A DNA stretch of 64,000 nucleotides from Setoptus koraiensis (Eukaryota > Animalia > Arthropoda). Below the pieces are notes generated by a model. It saw only the letters and a list, made by a program, of their open reading frames with translations, did not search any database and had not been told where the DNA came from. The stretch is taken from contig CM106585.1 of assembly GCA_048013815.1 (NCBI GenBank), positions 20,212,001-20,276,000 on the forward strand. The letters run 5' to 3'. The position numbers were made by a program, and so were the translations under genes. Below, piece by piece: positions 22,164-33,546 of this stretch (position 1 is the stretch's first letter; every line of letters starts with the position of its first letter).

Positions 22164-25100
22164 ATGCCACCGAGTAGTGAAAACTTCCAAAAGTGCAAAC
22201 TGTTTGCGCTGCTGATTTTGCTGACAATAAACCCTTATGATTACTATGTGAGTGCATCACAGTATAGTTTAGAGGTCCCCAAGAGTGAAGTTTCATCGCA
22301 CATAACAAACAGCATCATTGAGAGTGATCAATTAATTACTAGCCAGCAACAACAATTGAAATACCAGCAAGTGGACATGAGTAACGATATTCATATGGCA
22401 CCATCATCAAATAAACAAGTAGCGACGAATAGTTTACGGCGAAACTTGAGCAAGTTACAACACCAAAAAGGAGCCCCACTTGGTCGAGCAAACAAAATTA
22501 CGACAAGTACCGATGCAAAGGTAACATTATTGTCAGCAGAACCAGCGAAAAGCGAGGAACACGCCGATAAGTGGACAGTAGAGATACGAGGTGGACCTCA
22601 AGAGGCAAATCAGGTAGCCAAAACGTTGAATTGTATCAACTTAGGTCTGGTGAGTTTTTGTACAACATTCTTTCAAAAAGAGCGACTGAGTTAAATACAA
22701 CTGAGTTTAACACTTATTATCATTGTCACTGTCAAGAGCAGGTCAAGGGCTTTCAGCACATTTATTTGCTGGAGAAGAAAAAAGGCAACAATGTGTTCAC
22801 TGTGAACGATGAGATATTAGAGAGAGATAAAAGAGACTTCAGACAAACAGCAGAATTATTGAGATCTCATAAGAATGTCGTCTGGGTTGAGCCACAAACA
22901 ATATTGACTCGCGTAAAAAGATCGCATGTAAATATATCAGATGTCATAGAGCAAGCCAAAGCAAATAGATTGTTACTCCGTCATCCTCGGTCTTTTTCAT
23001 TCGACCATCAATATGTTTCGACAGCTTCGGCATCAACAGGCTTAAACGAGCGACAGCAGCGTCTTGGTCCAGAGTCGTTGTATGACACCTCATCATTGGA
23101 CTCATCCAACATTAACTTGCAACAGTCTTACATAACCTCGCAGACAGCCAACAATAATCAAAGACAAATGCCCTCACCGATGCCGGTGATTGCGTCACCA
23201 TTGAATTCAGCTTTACCAGCAACAAGCTTTATGCCAGCTCATCTTAATCATCATCAACCAACATTCCATCCATCAATACAATACTCAACTCAGCAACTGC
23301 AGGACCCACAATCAATTAAATTGTTGCAAGAGAGTCAACAAGCAGATCAATTTACTATGCAAAGTGAAAGAAAACTGTCGAATGGGCCTTTTATTCAGAT
23401 GGCTCCATCACCTGCCGCGATGGAGCCATATTTTGTTAACAACAACCAACAGCCGATACAATCACCTCCCAATCATCATTACTACCAGCACGACAAAAGT
23501 CTGATTACTAATACATTTCAGCCGCCCCAACAAGCTCAACAAGCCGCCGTTTTGGCGCCCCCAACAATCGCCGTGCCATCCACCACTCCCAGACCAATAT
23601 CAGTGGCTCAGTTGCCGGTTGCAGTTGCTCAAAACAAAAACGGCAGCCAGCCAACTGATACGACCGATAGATTGTCGATGACAAAATCAACCACAACCAC
23701 TGGCGACAACAAGCCAAAGATCAATCAAGACTTGGTGCCAACTAAGATACCGTCCGCGATAGGCAATCACCATATTGGCGGGGAATCTCGGGATATCTTC
23801 TCGCGTGGCTATTCGCCAAGTGGTGTCAGCAATGAGGACAGGGTCAAATACGATGACGAATTGTGGATGCATCAATGGTATATGCAAGACAATTCAAATA
23901 ATGCCCACATGCAAAGTGGCATGCATCTACATGTTCAAGATGTCTGGAATATGGGCTACACTGGCAAAAATGTTGTCGTGACCGTCATCGACGACGGCAT
24001 TGAATGGAATCATACTGATCTCATCAGAAACTATGACCCATTGGCCAGCTACGATATGAACAACAACGATCCAGATCCGTTTCCCCGTTACGATGCCCAC
24101 GATACCAACAGTCACGGAACTAGATGTGCCGGTGAGATAGCCATGGTGGCAAACAACAAAAAGTGTGGTGTTGGTGTGGCCCCAAATGCTCGCATTGGCG
24201 GCATCAAGAGCTTAGATGGTGACGTGTCGGATATTATTGAGTCAATGTCACTGATACACAATCTAGATCATATAGATATTTACAGTGGCTCGTGGGGTCC
24301 CAAAGACGATGGAATGACCTTGGAGGGACCAAAACAAACCACAGCGCAGGCTCTCAAGGACGGCATTGAACGCGGTCGCCAAGGCAAGGGAGCCCTGTAT
24401 GTTTGGGCAAATGGTAATGGTGGAATATCGGGCGATAATTGCAATTGTGATGGTTATGTCAGCTCTTTATACACCCTGGCCGTTGGTAGTGTCACACAAA
24501 AGGGCCAATTTCCTTTCTACGGAGAACGGTGCGCTTCTACGTTGGCTGTCACTTGCAGTAGTGGATCCTTTTCAGACAAGAAAGTGACAACAACAGATTT
24601 GCATAACAGGTGCACGACAGACTATTCTGGTGAGTGTGCTGTTATATGATCTCGCCTAGCTATCCAATCATCATCAGTAGCGGCCATTTCGAAGCACTTG
24701 TTTCTATTGCGAATGGACAAATCCTCTCATGTTTTGTCTCTTCTTTTTTCTCTAGGCACATCGGCCGCGGCCCCTCTTGCGGCGGGAATACTAGCGTTAG
24801 TATTGGAGGCCAAGTAAGTGATAGGACGATCTTGTGGTTTTCGAATCAATAGTGTCCTGATTCAATCATCTAACCATTCTCGCTCGTAACTTGTTCAGTC
24901 CAAATATCACCTGGCGAGATGCACAACATCTTGTGGCATGGAACTCGGAATACTATCCACTCAGAGACAATACAGGCTGGTTTAGGAACAGAGCCGGACT
25001 CATGTTCAACAACAAATTTGGCTTTGGTCTCATGAATGCAAAAGCATTAGTTGATAGCGCGCTCACCTGGCAAAATGTTCCGCAGAAATCCATTTGCACT

Positions 25101-26051
25101 ATTTACACTCGTGAATACGTTCTACCGGAGGGTTTCTCCACAGGTACCGAAGTTGAACTACCCTTCTACACGGATGGCTGCGAGAGGAAATATTTTGATA
25201 TTGTCCGCGAGAAACAAGGCAAACCAATTGATTACTCTACTTTCGATATTGCCTCCAATCTACAAAGTCCTGATGATAAATATCAAGCTCAGCCAATTAA
25301 TTATCTGGAGCATGTTCAAATTGTGTTGACAATCGAATATCCGGTCAGAGGAGACATTGATATTTTTTTGACATCGCCATCTGGCACTACATCTAACATT
25401 CTCACCTATAGACCAATGGACAAATCGAGATTGGGCTTCACCGACTGGGCCTTCATGAGTGTCCATTTTTGGGGTGAGAGGCCCCATGGTACATGGATTT
25501 TGAGAGTGCGAGATAAGAATCGAGGACAACTCAAAATGAACAGAGGTTACCTAGTCAATGCGACCTTAATACGTAAGCTATATACAACTCTATGTTAGCT
25601 GTTTATTCTCCGTTTAGATTTGCTCACTAATATGATATATAACTTTTATGGTAATTTTTATTATATCATCTACTATACCCACCCTAATATAGTTCACGGA
25701 ACAACGACAAAACCAGATCACATGAATAAACCAAGAATTTACGATGGCGAGGATCAAATAAAGGATACTTTGGAAAAGTCAACCATGCATTTGGTAAGTT
25801 CATAGTCATTCAGTTCATGAAATAAACCTCGCTATAAGGCGATAGTCAATTCTATTGAGAGCCTGTTATGACTGATGCTTTGTATTCCGTTGCAGGACAT
25901 GAATGGACGCGAGACTTATGACGAGAATCCATGGGATCAAAACATGTATCCCAACGAAATGTCACAGGTTTCGAGCGAAGTGGATGAGGAAAAATTGGTT
26001 ACCTCTAGAATGCTTGACAGTGCCATTATAAGCTCCCTAGACAGTCATTAA
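22164..26051 (+). CDS. PCSK1: Neuroendocrine proprotein convertase PC1/3-like; 6 exons: 22164-22649, 22742-24629, 24756-24813, 24899-25572, 25693-25793, 25896-26051
   Basis: Hydrophobic signal (LFALLILLTI), prodomain ending RVKR, catalytic D (VIDDG), H (SHGTRC), oxyanion N (WANGNGG) and S (G|TSAAAP across the intron). HLVAWNSEYYPLRDNTGWFRNRAGLMFNNKFGFGL is PC1/3-like. P domain has RGD. All GT-AG junctions are phase-consistent. Confidence 0.88.
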
Positions 26052-26216
26052 CCTTACTTAGCGACAATAATTTAATCGCTGAAAAGAACTATATAAACCT
26101 CTCAAATAGATTGACCTCGACTCAATTTTGTATTTGATGAAGCTTTACAATAAATAATAAATTAATATCTGTATTTATTGAAAACATCTCATACCTTGTT
26201 TTACAATATCTTCCAC

Positions 26217-27656
26217 TCATCTGTATCCTTGATTCTGATTATTGTCAGATAGTTGGCCCGGTAGCTGAGGATGACCCAATCTTATCCTTTTGGCATCCTG
26301 TTGTATCCTATTGATATTTTGCTGATGTTGTTGTTGCTGCTGATGGTGATGTTGCTGTTGTTGATGTTGGCTCTGTTGTTGCTGTTGTGGGTGGGACTGT
26401 TGTTGGTGATGATGTTGAGGATGTTGCTGATGGATCTGTTGTTGTTTTTGCTGTTGCTGTTGTTGTTGCTGGTGGTGATGCTGTTGTTGCTGTTGTTGTT
26501 GCTGTTGTTGTTGTTGTTGCTGCTGCTGCTGTTGTTTATTATCGACTTTTTCCTCTCGTTCCTCATCAGTTATAAACTCCCTCTTGGGGTAGGGTATAAT
26601 ATTGTTAGGGCAACCAGCAAACACATCAGATTGAGGAAGAGGTTCCTCTTGAAAGTATGGATCTTGCATTGCAGTTTCCGAAGTTATCCTCCTAACTGGA
26701 TCCATGAGCAACAGTCTAGAAAGCAGGTGGAATTCTGGTGAGTCTTGTCTTATTTTATGCTTTTCCATATATTTCACGAGAGAACAATTGGGATAGTTTT
26801 TTCTCATAAAATCACGAGTTAGGGTGCCGTGCTCAGGCATCTTTTTGATATCCTCCCAATCTTTATCACTTGGATATCCCATAATATTGAAAATTCTGTC
26901 TAACTGATCTTGATGGTAGGGATTAGATGTTTTGATGTCTTCCTGCCGACAGTGAAAAATGGGTTCGGATGTGAGTAGCTCGGCAAAAATGCAACCTATG
27001 GCCCAGATATCTATGGCTTTGGTATAATGTCTTGCACCAAGCAAGAGCTCAGGAGCTCTGTACCAGAAAGTAACCACAACAGGATCTAAATCGGCAAGAG
27101 GTTTCAGGGGCGAATTGAATAACCTAGCGAAGCCCATATCGGCTATTTTGACGCGTCCGCGTTCTAAACCCTCGCCCATAACTAATATATTGGCTGGTTT
27201 GAGATCACGATGCAGGACCCAATTGGCGTGCAAATAATGAATACCGTCAAGTATTTGATAAAGCAAAGATTTGACCATAACCCTTGGCACAACGAATGTT
27301 GGATTTTTTTTCACTTTTTGTGCTCTATGAAATTTTATGATATGCCACAGATCATGCTCTGCATAATCAAATAATAGCCAGACTTTTCTGTCTGCTGATA
27401 GGAAGACTCTTTGGAGATTGATAACGTTCACATGTTTCAATTCTCTGAGAAGTGCAATCTCTCGGCATGCCGACATTGATATACCGGTACCTTCAATTTG
27501 TTTCAGCGCATATTCTCTAGTCTCTGATCCGTCTTTTCTTTTTGCTTTATAGACATGTCCGTAAGTACCTCGTCCAACTTTACATCCTTCATATTCAAAA
27601 TAGTCTTCCACTTTAGCCCGATCTTTCGCTGATTTTATCTTGAACTTTTGATCCAT
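26217..27656 (-). CDS. CDK8: Cyclin-dependent kinase 8 (Mediator kinase), intronless, poly-Q/H tail
   Basis: [74 protein letters not shown] at 27656; the ORF track starts at an upstream TTG. Confidence 0.95.
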   Translation of the reverse strand: MDQKFKIKSAKDRAKVEDYFEYEGCKVGRGTYGHVYKAKRKDGSETREYALKQIEGTGISMSACREIALLRELKHVNVINLQRVFLSADRKVWLLFDYAEHDLWHIIKFHRAQKVKKNPTFVVPRVMVKSLLYQILDGIHYLHANWVLHRDLKPANILVMGEGLERGRVKIADMGFARLFNSPLKPLADLDPVVVTFWYRAPELLLGARHYTKAIDIWAIGCIFAELLTSEPIFHCRQEDIKTSNPYHQDQLDRIFNIMGYPSDKDWEDIKKMPEHGTLTRDFMRKNYPNCSLVKYMEKHKIRQDSPEFHLLSRLLLMDPVRRITSETAMQDPYFQEEPLPQSDVFAGCPNNIIPYPKREFITDEEREEKVDNKQQQQQQQQQQQQQQQQQQHHHQQQQQQQQKQQQIHQQHPQHHHQQQSHPQQQQQSQHQQQQHHHQQQQQHQQNINRIQQDAKRIRLGHPQLPGQLSDNNQNQGYR

Positions 27657-28547
27657 TGTGACAGTTTTGTGATTAAGTTGCAATCCTTAGTGAGAATCAA
27701 TTGAGTGAGTCTTATCCAGTCTCGGATGTAGTAAAAATAAATAAAAAATACTATCAAATACATGTGTAGATATAAATCATTTTTGTGAGACAGTCCAACA
27801 TGTTGCAATGAAACTGTGAACTAATTAGCTACTTGTGTCGTAAAGATGTATCCATAGGCAATGTTGTAGTCAACTTGTGGGTTGATACCATCTAATGGAG
27901 AGAGTTGAGACAGAAGTGATAGATGCACAACATTACTGTATTTTGAAAAATAAGAAAATTGATTCATTTTGTCATGACGTAATCATTATTCGATCATATG
28001 ATTAATAAAAGAAAAACTTTATTGACGCATGCGTCGTCAGTTACTATGGGAGATGACCTTTTCTGTCGCTCCCGACATTGGAGACATTCTGGCTTTCGCA
28101 GTCCACTCGCCGCCACCTACCTCCCGTGCAGGAAATAAACAACAAATGAATTGTCATAATCGCGCCAATAGATTCCACCTAATTGATGAGATATTCATTG
28201 GTGACGGAATGAGATCTGCTAACAATTGTAAGAGAATCTCACATATCTAGAATGTGTATTCTCAATCGCTTCGAAGAGTCTACGGCAGGGTGTCGAGAAA
28301 AGGCCTCCAGTTGGCCTCCCTGTGATTGTTGATAAGTTTGAAATTGGCGCTTGAATTAGGACATTCTTTTGGTTATGGCTGTATAAATTAACACATGTCA
28401 ACTTTCACTTGCTCTTCTTGCAAAAAATCTCGGCAAAAAAAAATCATATTTTGAGGTGAATCCTAGTTATACCAACTGGAATGAGATGATGTTTTACATA
28501 ATATATATTGAGCTTATCTACTATAAAGTTATATCAAACAAATTTTC

Positions 28548-30753
28548 ATGATGGGAAAGCCCAAACTTCCGGAGATGTGGCTCATACTATGCCTCATAGT
28601 AGTCCGTGTGATATCCGTTTTTATCAATTTGATATATGACTGCGACGAAACTTATAATTACTGGGAAATAGGACATTACTTAATATACAAAAATGGATTC
28701 TTAACCTGGGAGTACTCGCCAAAATTTGCATTGCGTTCATATTTCTATATCTGGTCGTACATCTGGCCCTCCTACCTGATAACATGCATATACGCTAGAA
28801 TAAATGAGATTATCCTGTTCTACTTGACAAGATTCTTTATTGCCTGTTTTGGGATATTCTGTGAAGTGTATTTTTGCGTGTAAGTTTGCCAAGTTTTTAA
28901 AAGATAAACTCAATGCGCCTTCCATCAATACTATCTTAACAAGTTTCAAATATTTCTTCCACTGCCAATATTATCAAACAGAGGTATAGGTCGATGCGCC
29001 GGAAGTTCAGTTGCAAGATATTGCATCATGTTCTTGATGCTATCGAGCGGGATGTTCTTGGGATCAACGGCATTCTTACCAAACACCTTTTCTATGCACC
29101 TGACAATGATAGCTTTCGCTGCTTGGTTTTGTGATCATTACAGAAGAACTATATTTGCCGCTGGACTGTCGATACTCGTAGGATGGCCTTATGCGGCGTT
29201 AGTCTAGTAAGTTTCAATCATGATTTTTTGTTCTGCTCAGAGGTCGTATAGAAAAGTCGGTAGATAATTTGTTTGATTCTTTCTTATTCCTCTAGTCTAC
29301 CAATCGGCATATCTTTGTTGGTCAAGAGGAGGAAGCAACTATATTTCATTGTCATCACGCTACTCTACGGATTTCTCATAAGTGTAAGTAAAGCATACTC
29401 AAATCTAAAAAGCTATTGTCATTGTTATGAAGGTAAATAGATCAAATAATAACTTTCTCAATCTTCTAATTCTATATTGCTACAGCTACCGATAATAGCA
29501 GTTGACCGGTACTATTATGGCAGATTTGTAGTCTCACCATTGAATGCCGTGGTCTACAACGTCCTCAATTCGAATGGAGGTCCGAACCTCTATGGTGTCG
29601 AAAGTTGGACTTTCTACATGATTAACCTAACATTGAATTTCAACCTAGTTTTTTGGGCCAGTCTCCTTAGTTTGCCTATGCTGGTAAGATATTACCATTC
29701 ATTTTTCATCAATGACTTAAATAATTCTGCTAGTTGTTTGACCCTTTGCTTACTTTTTTCTCGTTACAGATATTGAGTCAAATATTTCTATCTACAAGAA
29801 AGCATAAAATGATAGATAGTAGCCATTGGATATGTGTGATAAGTTTGATGATCTGGCTGACAGTCTTTACCTTGCAAGCTCATAAAGAAGAAAGATTCAT
29901 GTATCCCATTTATCCATTGATATGTGCATCAGCAGCTTTCACAGTGAGGATAATCGAGCAATTTGTTGTTGGAACGAAGCAACCATATTCATCACCTGTT
30001 TTCAAGTTTATTGTTATAATTTGTTGCTTGACATTCTTTGGCCTCTCATTATCTCGAGTGGCATCCATATATTTTGGTAAGCTAAATGTTTTGAATTTTA
30101 TCTACAGAAAAAGGCAAGGGTGGTTGACAGGAAATTTTAAAATGCTGATTCCCCACAATTTGTTTCAATTCTTTTTACTTTTCTGTTCATCAGGCTACCG
30201 ATCAACATTTTCCGTCTACTCTGATCTCAAGAAGCATGACACTGACGGGTCAATACCAATCTTCATGAACCGAACGCAGAACACAGCTGAAACAATTAAT
30301 GTGTGTCTAGGGAAAGAATGGTATAGGTATCCAAACAGTTTCTTCCTACCGAACTCCTCACGATATAGGACAAGATTTATAAAATCAGAATTCCGTGGTC
30401 AGTTACCTAAACTATATGAAAACAACATGAGAAGCTTAGAGACTAGAATTATTGCCGAAGATATCAATGATATGAACAGGGAAGAGGTTTCGCGCTACAC
30501 CCCTCTGAGCGATTGTCACTACCTCATAGATAGTGACCTCGAATATCCATCTCAGTACGAGCCCAACTATTCACAAGACTCTGATACATGGCAAATATTA
30601 TCGACTTATAAGATACTAAATCCGCCCAACTCAACGATACTATTTCGTTCCTTCTATATACCATCTATATCCGATAAGAAAAATCACCACTTGAACTTTC
30701 ATTTACTAAGAAACAAAAATTTATTTGACATCACCCGTAATAAATCTGCGTAA
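28548..30753 (+). CDS. ALG9: Alpha-1,2-mannosyltransferase ALG9; 6 exons: 28548-28879, 28982-29206, 29296-29383, 29486-29683, 29770-30076, 30194-30753
   Basis: DCDETYNYWE, WEYSPKFALRSY, AFLPNTFSM, GWPY, HKEERFMYPIYPLI and CLGKEWYRYPNSFFLP..FIKSEFRGQLP; GT-AG junctions are consistent. Confidence 0.92.
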
Positions 30754-30782
30754 TGAATCGTCAATGTATTTCAGTCTATAGT

Positions 30783-31991
30783 CTACATTGAGGACGAGCG
30801 TTGAATACTTTTGCCTTTTCTTGGTAGGCTCTCTAACAGATCGTGGATCCTAGTGAAGTCGTATTTACGGGACCAACAATACACAAGTATATCTTTGAGT
30901 TCTTTTGGAGCGTGCAAGTTGATTAGTGGTTGCTTAATATAATTTCCTACTTGCCAGATAGTTATTTCTGGAGAGAGATTCCTATATGGTAGGTCACCTA
31001 AAATCAATTCGTACCAGATTGTCCCAAATGAATAGACATCTGTGGCAGAGGTGAAGGGCAAATCATTGCACTCGGGTTCATGATAGGCAGTTAATTTTCG
31101 CATGAGCTCCGGAGCCAAGTAACACAGCCACCCTTTTGGTATGGCCAACCAACCTTTGCGGTCGGGCGGGCACAGTTTTTTAAGAGAAAAAAATCCAAAA
31201 TCTGTTATGCAGATTTTTCCATGGTCGTAAAAAATATTTCTAGTCTTTAAATCTTTGTGTACTATTCCTTTAGAATGCAAGTAAGCCATACCTAAACAAA
31301 TTTGTTGAGCGATAGGAACAATCATCTCTAGATTTGGCCTGTTGTGTTGTTCATTTGTGGTAATAAATATATTCTTATTAACATGTATGTGCTTATAGAG
31401 TGTATCACCTTTGCAAAAACTAGTAACAATGGCTAAATGAGGGGGTTTCATGCAGGCACCCATGAACAAAACTAAATTGTCGTGCCTCGTCCTCCTGAAT
31501 GTGCTCACTTCTTGTGTAAAAGTATCTAAAACTTTGGAATCTTCAAGATGGTTATCAGACACATCTAAACATTTAATGGCAACATCTCCGTGCCAGTAGC
31601 CTTTGTATACTTTGTCTGAGCAGAATGTTCCTGTACCAATCTCTTCTAATATCTCTAATTCGTGATATGGAATCTCCCATTCATTAGTATTAAGAGAATT
31701 TTGTCTATTTGTCCAAGAATTGCCACCATCTTCATTATTATTCATGGCTCTGGTGAATATATCTACAAATTCTGACGGTAGACCGCATGATGGTGGTGCC
31801 TTGTTAGCGCAATCACGGTGACAAAGATATTTGCAATCTTTGCATTTGTATCCATAGAACATAGGCCTCTCACATAGATTGCAATGACAATTGGTTGACA
31901 TCTTGAAAGTGGTGCTAAACCTATGTTGGATGGTGTGGCGCATCATTTTTAAGTCTGTTTGTATAATTTGATGTGTTTTGGGTAATATCAT
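30783..31991 (-). CDS. ksr: Kinase suppressor of Ras (C1 domain plus kinase domain, 402 aa)
   Basis: C1 domain HRF...CNLC...GYKCKDCKYLCHRDC...C; kinase EWEIP, WHGDVAIK, FRRTRHDNLVLFMGACMKPPHLAIVT, HKDLKTRN, DFG and WLCYLAPEL are KSR-specific. Confidence 0.9.
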   Translation of the reverse strand: MILPKTHQIIQTDLKMMRHTIQHRFSTTFKMSTNCHCNLCERPMFYGYKCKDCKYLCHRDCANKAPPSCGLPSEFVDIFTRAMNNNEDGGNSWTNRQNSLNTNEWEIPYHELEILEEIGTGTFCSDKVYKGYWHGDVAIKCLDVSDNHLEDSKVLDTFTQEVSTFRRTRHDNLVLFMGACMKPPHLAIVTSFCKGDTLYKHIHVNKNIFITTNEQHNRPNLEMIVPIAQQICLGMAYLHSKGIVHKDLKTRNIFYDHGKICITDFGFFSLKKLCPPDRKGWLAIPKGWLCYLAPELMRKLTAYHEPECNDLPFTSATDVYSFGTIWYELILGDLPYRNLSPEITIWQVGNYIKQPLINLHAPKELKDILVYCWSRKYDFTRIHDLLESLPRKGKSIQRSSSM

Positions 31992-32552
31992 TTAAAGAGG
32001 ATTTTCAGAGATCATAATTGCTCTTTGACAACTTCATTGACGTGTCATCATGATAGTGATAAAATGAGATATGTTATATATGTAAGATCGGAAGAGGACA
32101 AATTCATTCTGTTTAATGTTTTGGTGGAGATTTTGTTACGTCATGATAATTAATGAGGGTAATTACATAGTTACTTTACAATAGCAATTGATAGCAATAA
32201 AAAATGAAATGATTTGATTGTCCGAACGCAATATTTTAGCTGCTAGAGAATTCTCTACGATGATGATAACAATGTGATGATGCTGAAACGCGGCTGCTGC
32301 TGTTGATGAGATGTGCTTGGTTTTGACCGCAAGCTAATCAAGATAGTCTCTTATAATTATAAACTTGACAAGATTCTGGTATGATCTTATGAAAAATACT
32401 AATACTTGATGATTCACAATACGGATTTTCTACATTTGCACAATGATCAAACAACTTTGTATTAGTAACAATAACATTTAGCTATCCAGCCGACAGTTTT
32501 TTGCGTGAATCATGCATGGGTATATACAAAATCTGTTAACGTAGAATAGGTT

Positions 32553-32752
32553 AAGATCATACTTTTAGGGATCATTTCTATAGTTTGATCAGTGTGCCTG
32601 AACACAATTCAGATCACACAGCACCCGCGGTGATGAGCGACGCGGAACCCTCTTGAGCGTGATGCTCGGTAGACTCCGGTCCACCTAGATGATCGTCCTC
32701 CCAGGGCCCCAAGTTGGGACCGGGAGGGGGAGGGCTTCCGGTTCTGAGCGGT
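32553..32752 (+). ncRNA. U3: U3 snoRNA (box C/D)
   Basis: 5' AAGATCATACTTTTAGGGATCATTTCTATAG (boxes A'/A), box C' TGATGA (32631), box B GAGCGTGA (32655), box C GATGATCG (32688), box D CTGA followed by GCGGT; about 200 nt. Confidence 0.92.
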
Positions 32753-33231
32753 CATTTTCAGTGACTACCCATCTGGTTAACCTTGTTCATAATACTCTCA
32801 CTAAACACCCGCAAAGGGCGGGCGACAATTCGCCGTGTCCACACCTTTACATTGGTGCGGCTAGCTGCGTACTCCCTTCGGAAACATACCCTCTCGTGAT
32901 ATGCCCTTCTCGTAATAATCGCTCCATTCTTCATTGCCTGCGTTATCCGCGGCAGGTACCCTCCCTCGTATCTTGTGCCCTCTTGTTACCTCTCTCCCAC
33001 TCCCTCCCCATCTCCGCTGCGGCAGCGGCGCTGTCTATTTTTATTTCAAATGAGCCGCTCCACATACTGCTAGAGGGGCACGTGCTTTTTCATCGATGCA
33101 CATGTGAATGTTTATCAGTTTGCAAAAAGCAAGAAAACTTACAGATCAATTCGCCAACTAGATCGAAATATCCAACAACTTCATCTGAAATAAAAAGGAT
33201 TGTAGATAAATTCCCACATTCTCAGTCAGCA

Positions 33232-33423
33232 ATGTACCTGATGTACTACCTAAATGAAAACGGTGACAGGATCTATACCTTAGAAAAAGTTGATCCAGAG
33301 GGGAAGCCAACGAAAAGCGCTCATCCAGCACGTTTCTCACCAATGGACAGCTACTCGCGGGAGCGAATTACTATAAAGAGGAGATTTGGTCTTTTGCCAA
33401 CCTGTCCCGAAGCCAAGAAATAA
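33232..33423 (+). CDS. NOP10: H/ACA snoRNP subunit NOP10 (63 aa)
   Basis: [56 protein letters not shown]. Confidence 0.95.
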   Translation: MYLMYYLNENGDRIYTLEKVDPEGKPTKSAHPARFSPMDSYSRERITIKRRFGLLPTCPEAKK

Positions 33424-33546
33424 TCCATAATTGAAATAATAAGAGATAATTAGATAAAGAATAAATTGAGAAGGCTATTTTTTCCAACAATTTATTGAAA
33501 ATATTCAACATATCGAAAACTCATAAATTTTCTGTATTTCTACTGG

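Noticed and set aside
26271-26741. Hydrophobic 156-aa poly-Leu ORF resembling a membrane protein
   Set aside because: It is the antisense of the CDK8 poly-Gln tail.
30077-30193. In-frame insertion in ALG9 (read through in ORF 29734-30753)
   Set aside because: It has a canonical GTAAGC donor, polypyrimidine tract and CAG acceptor; it is a 117-bp intron that happens to lack stops.
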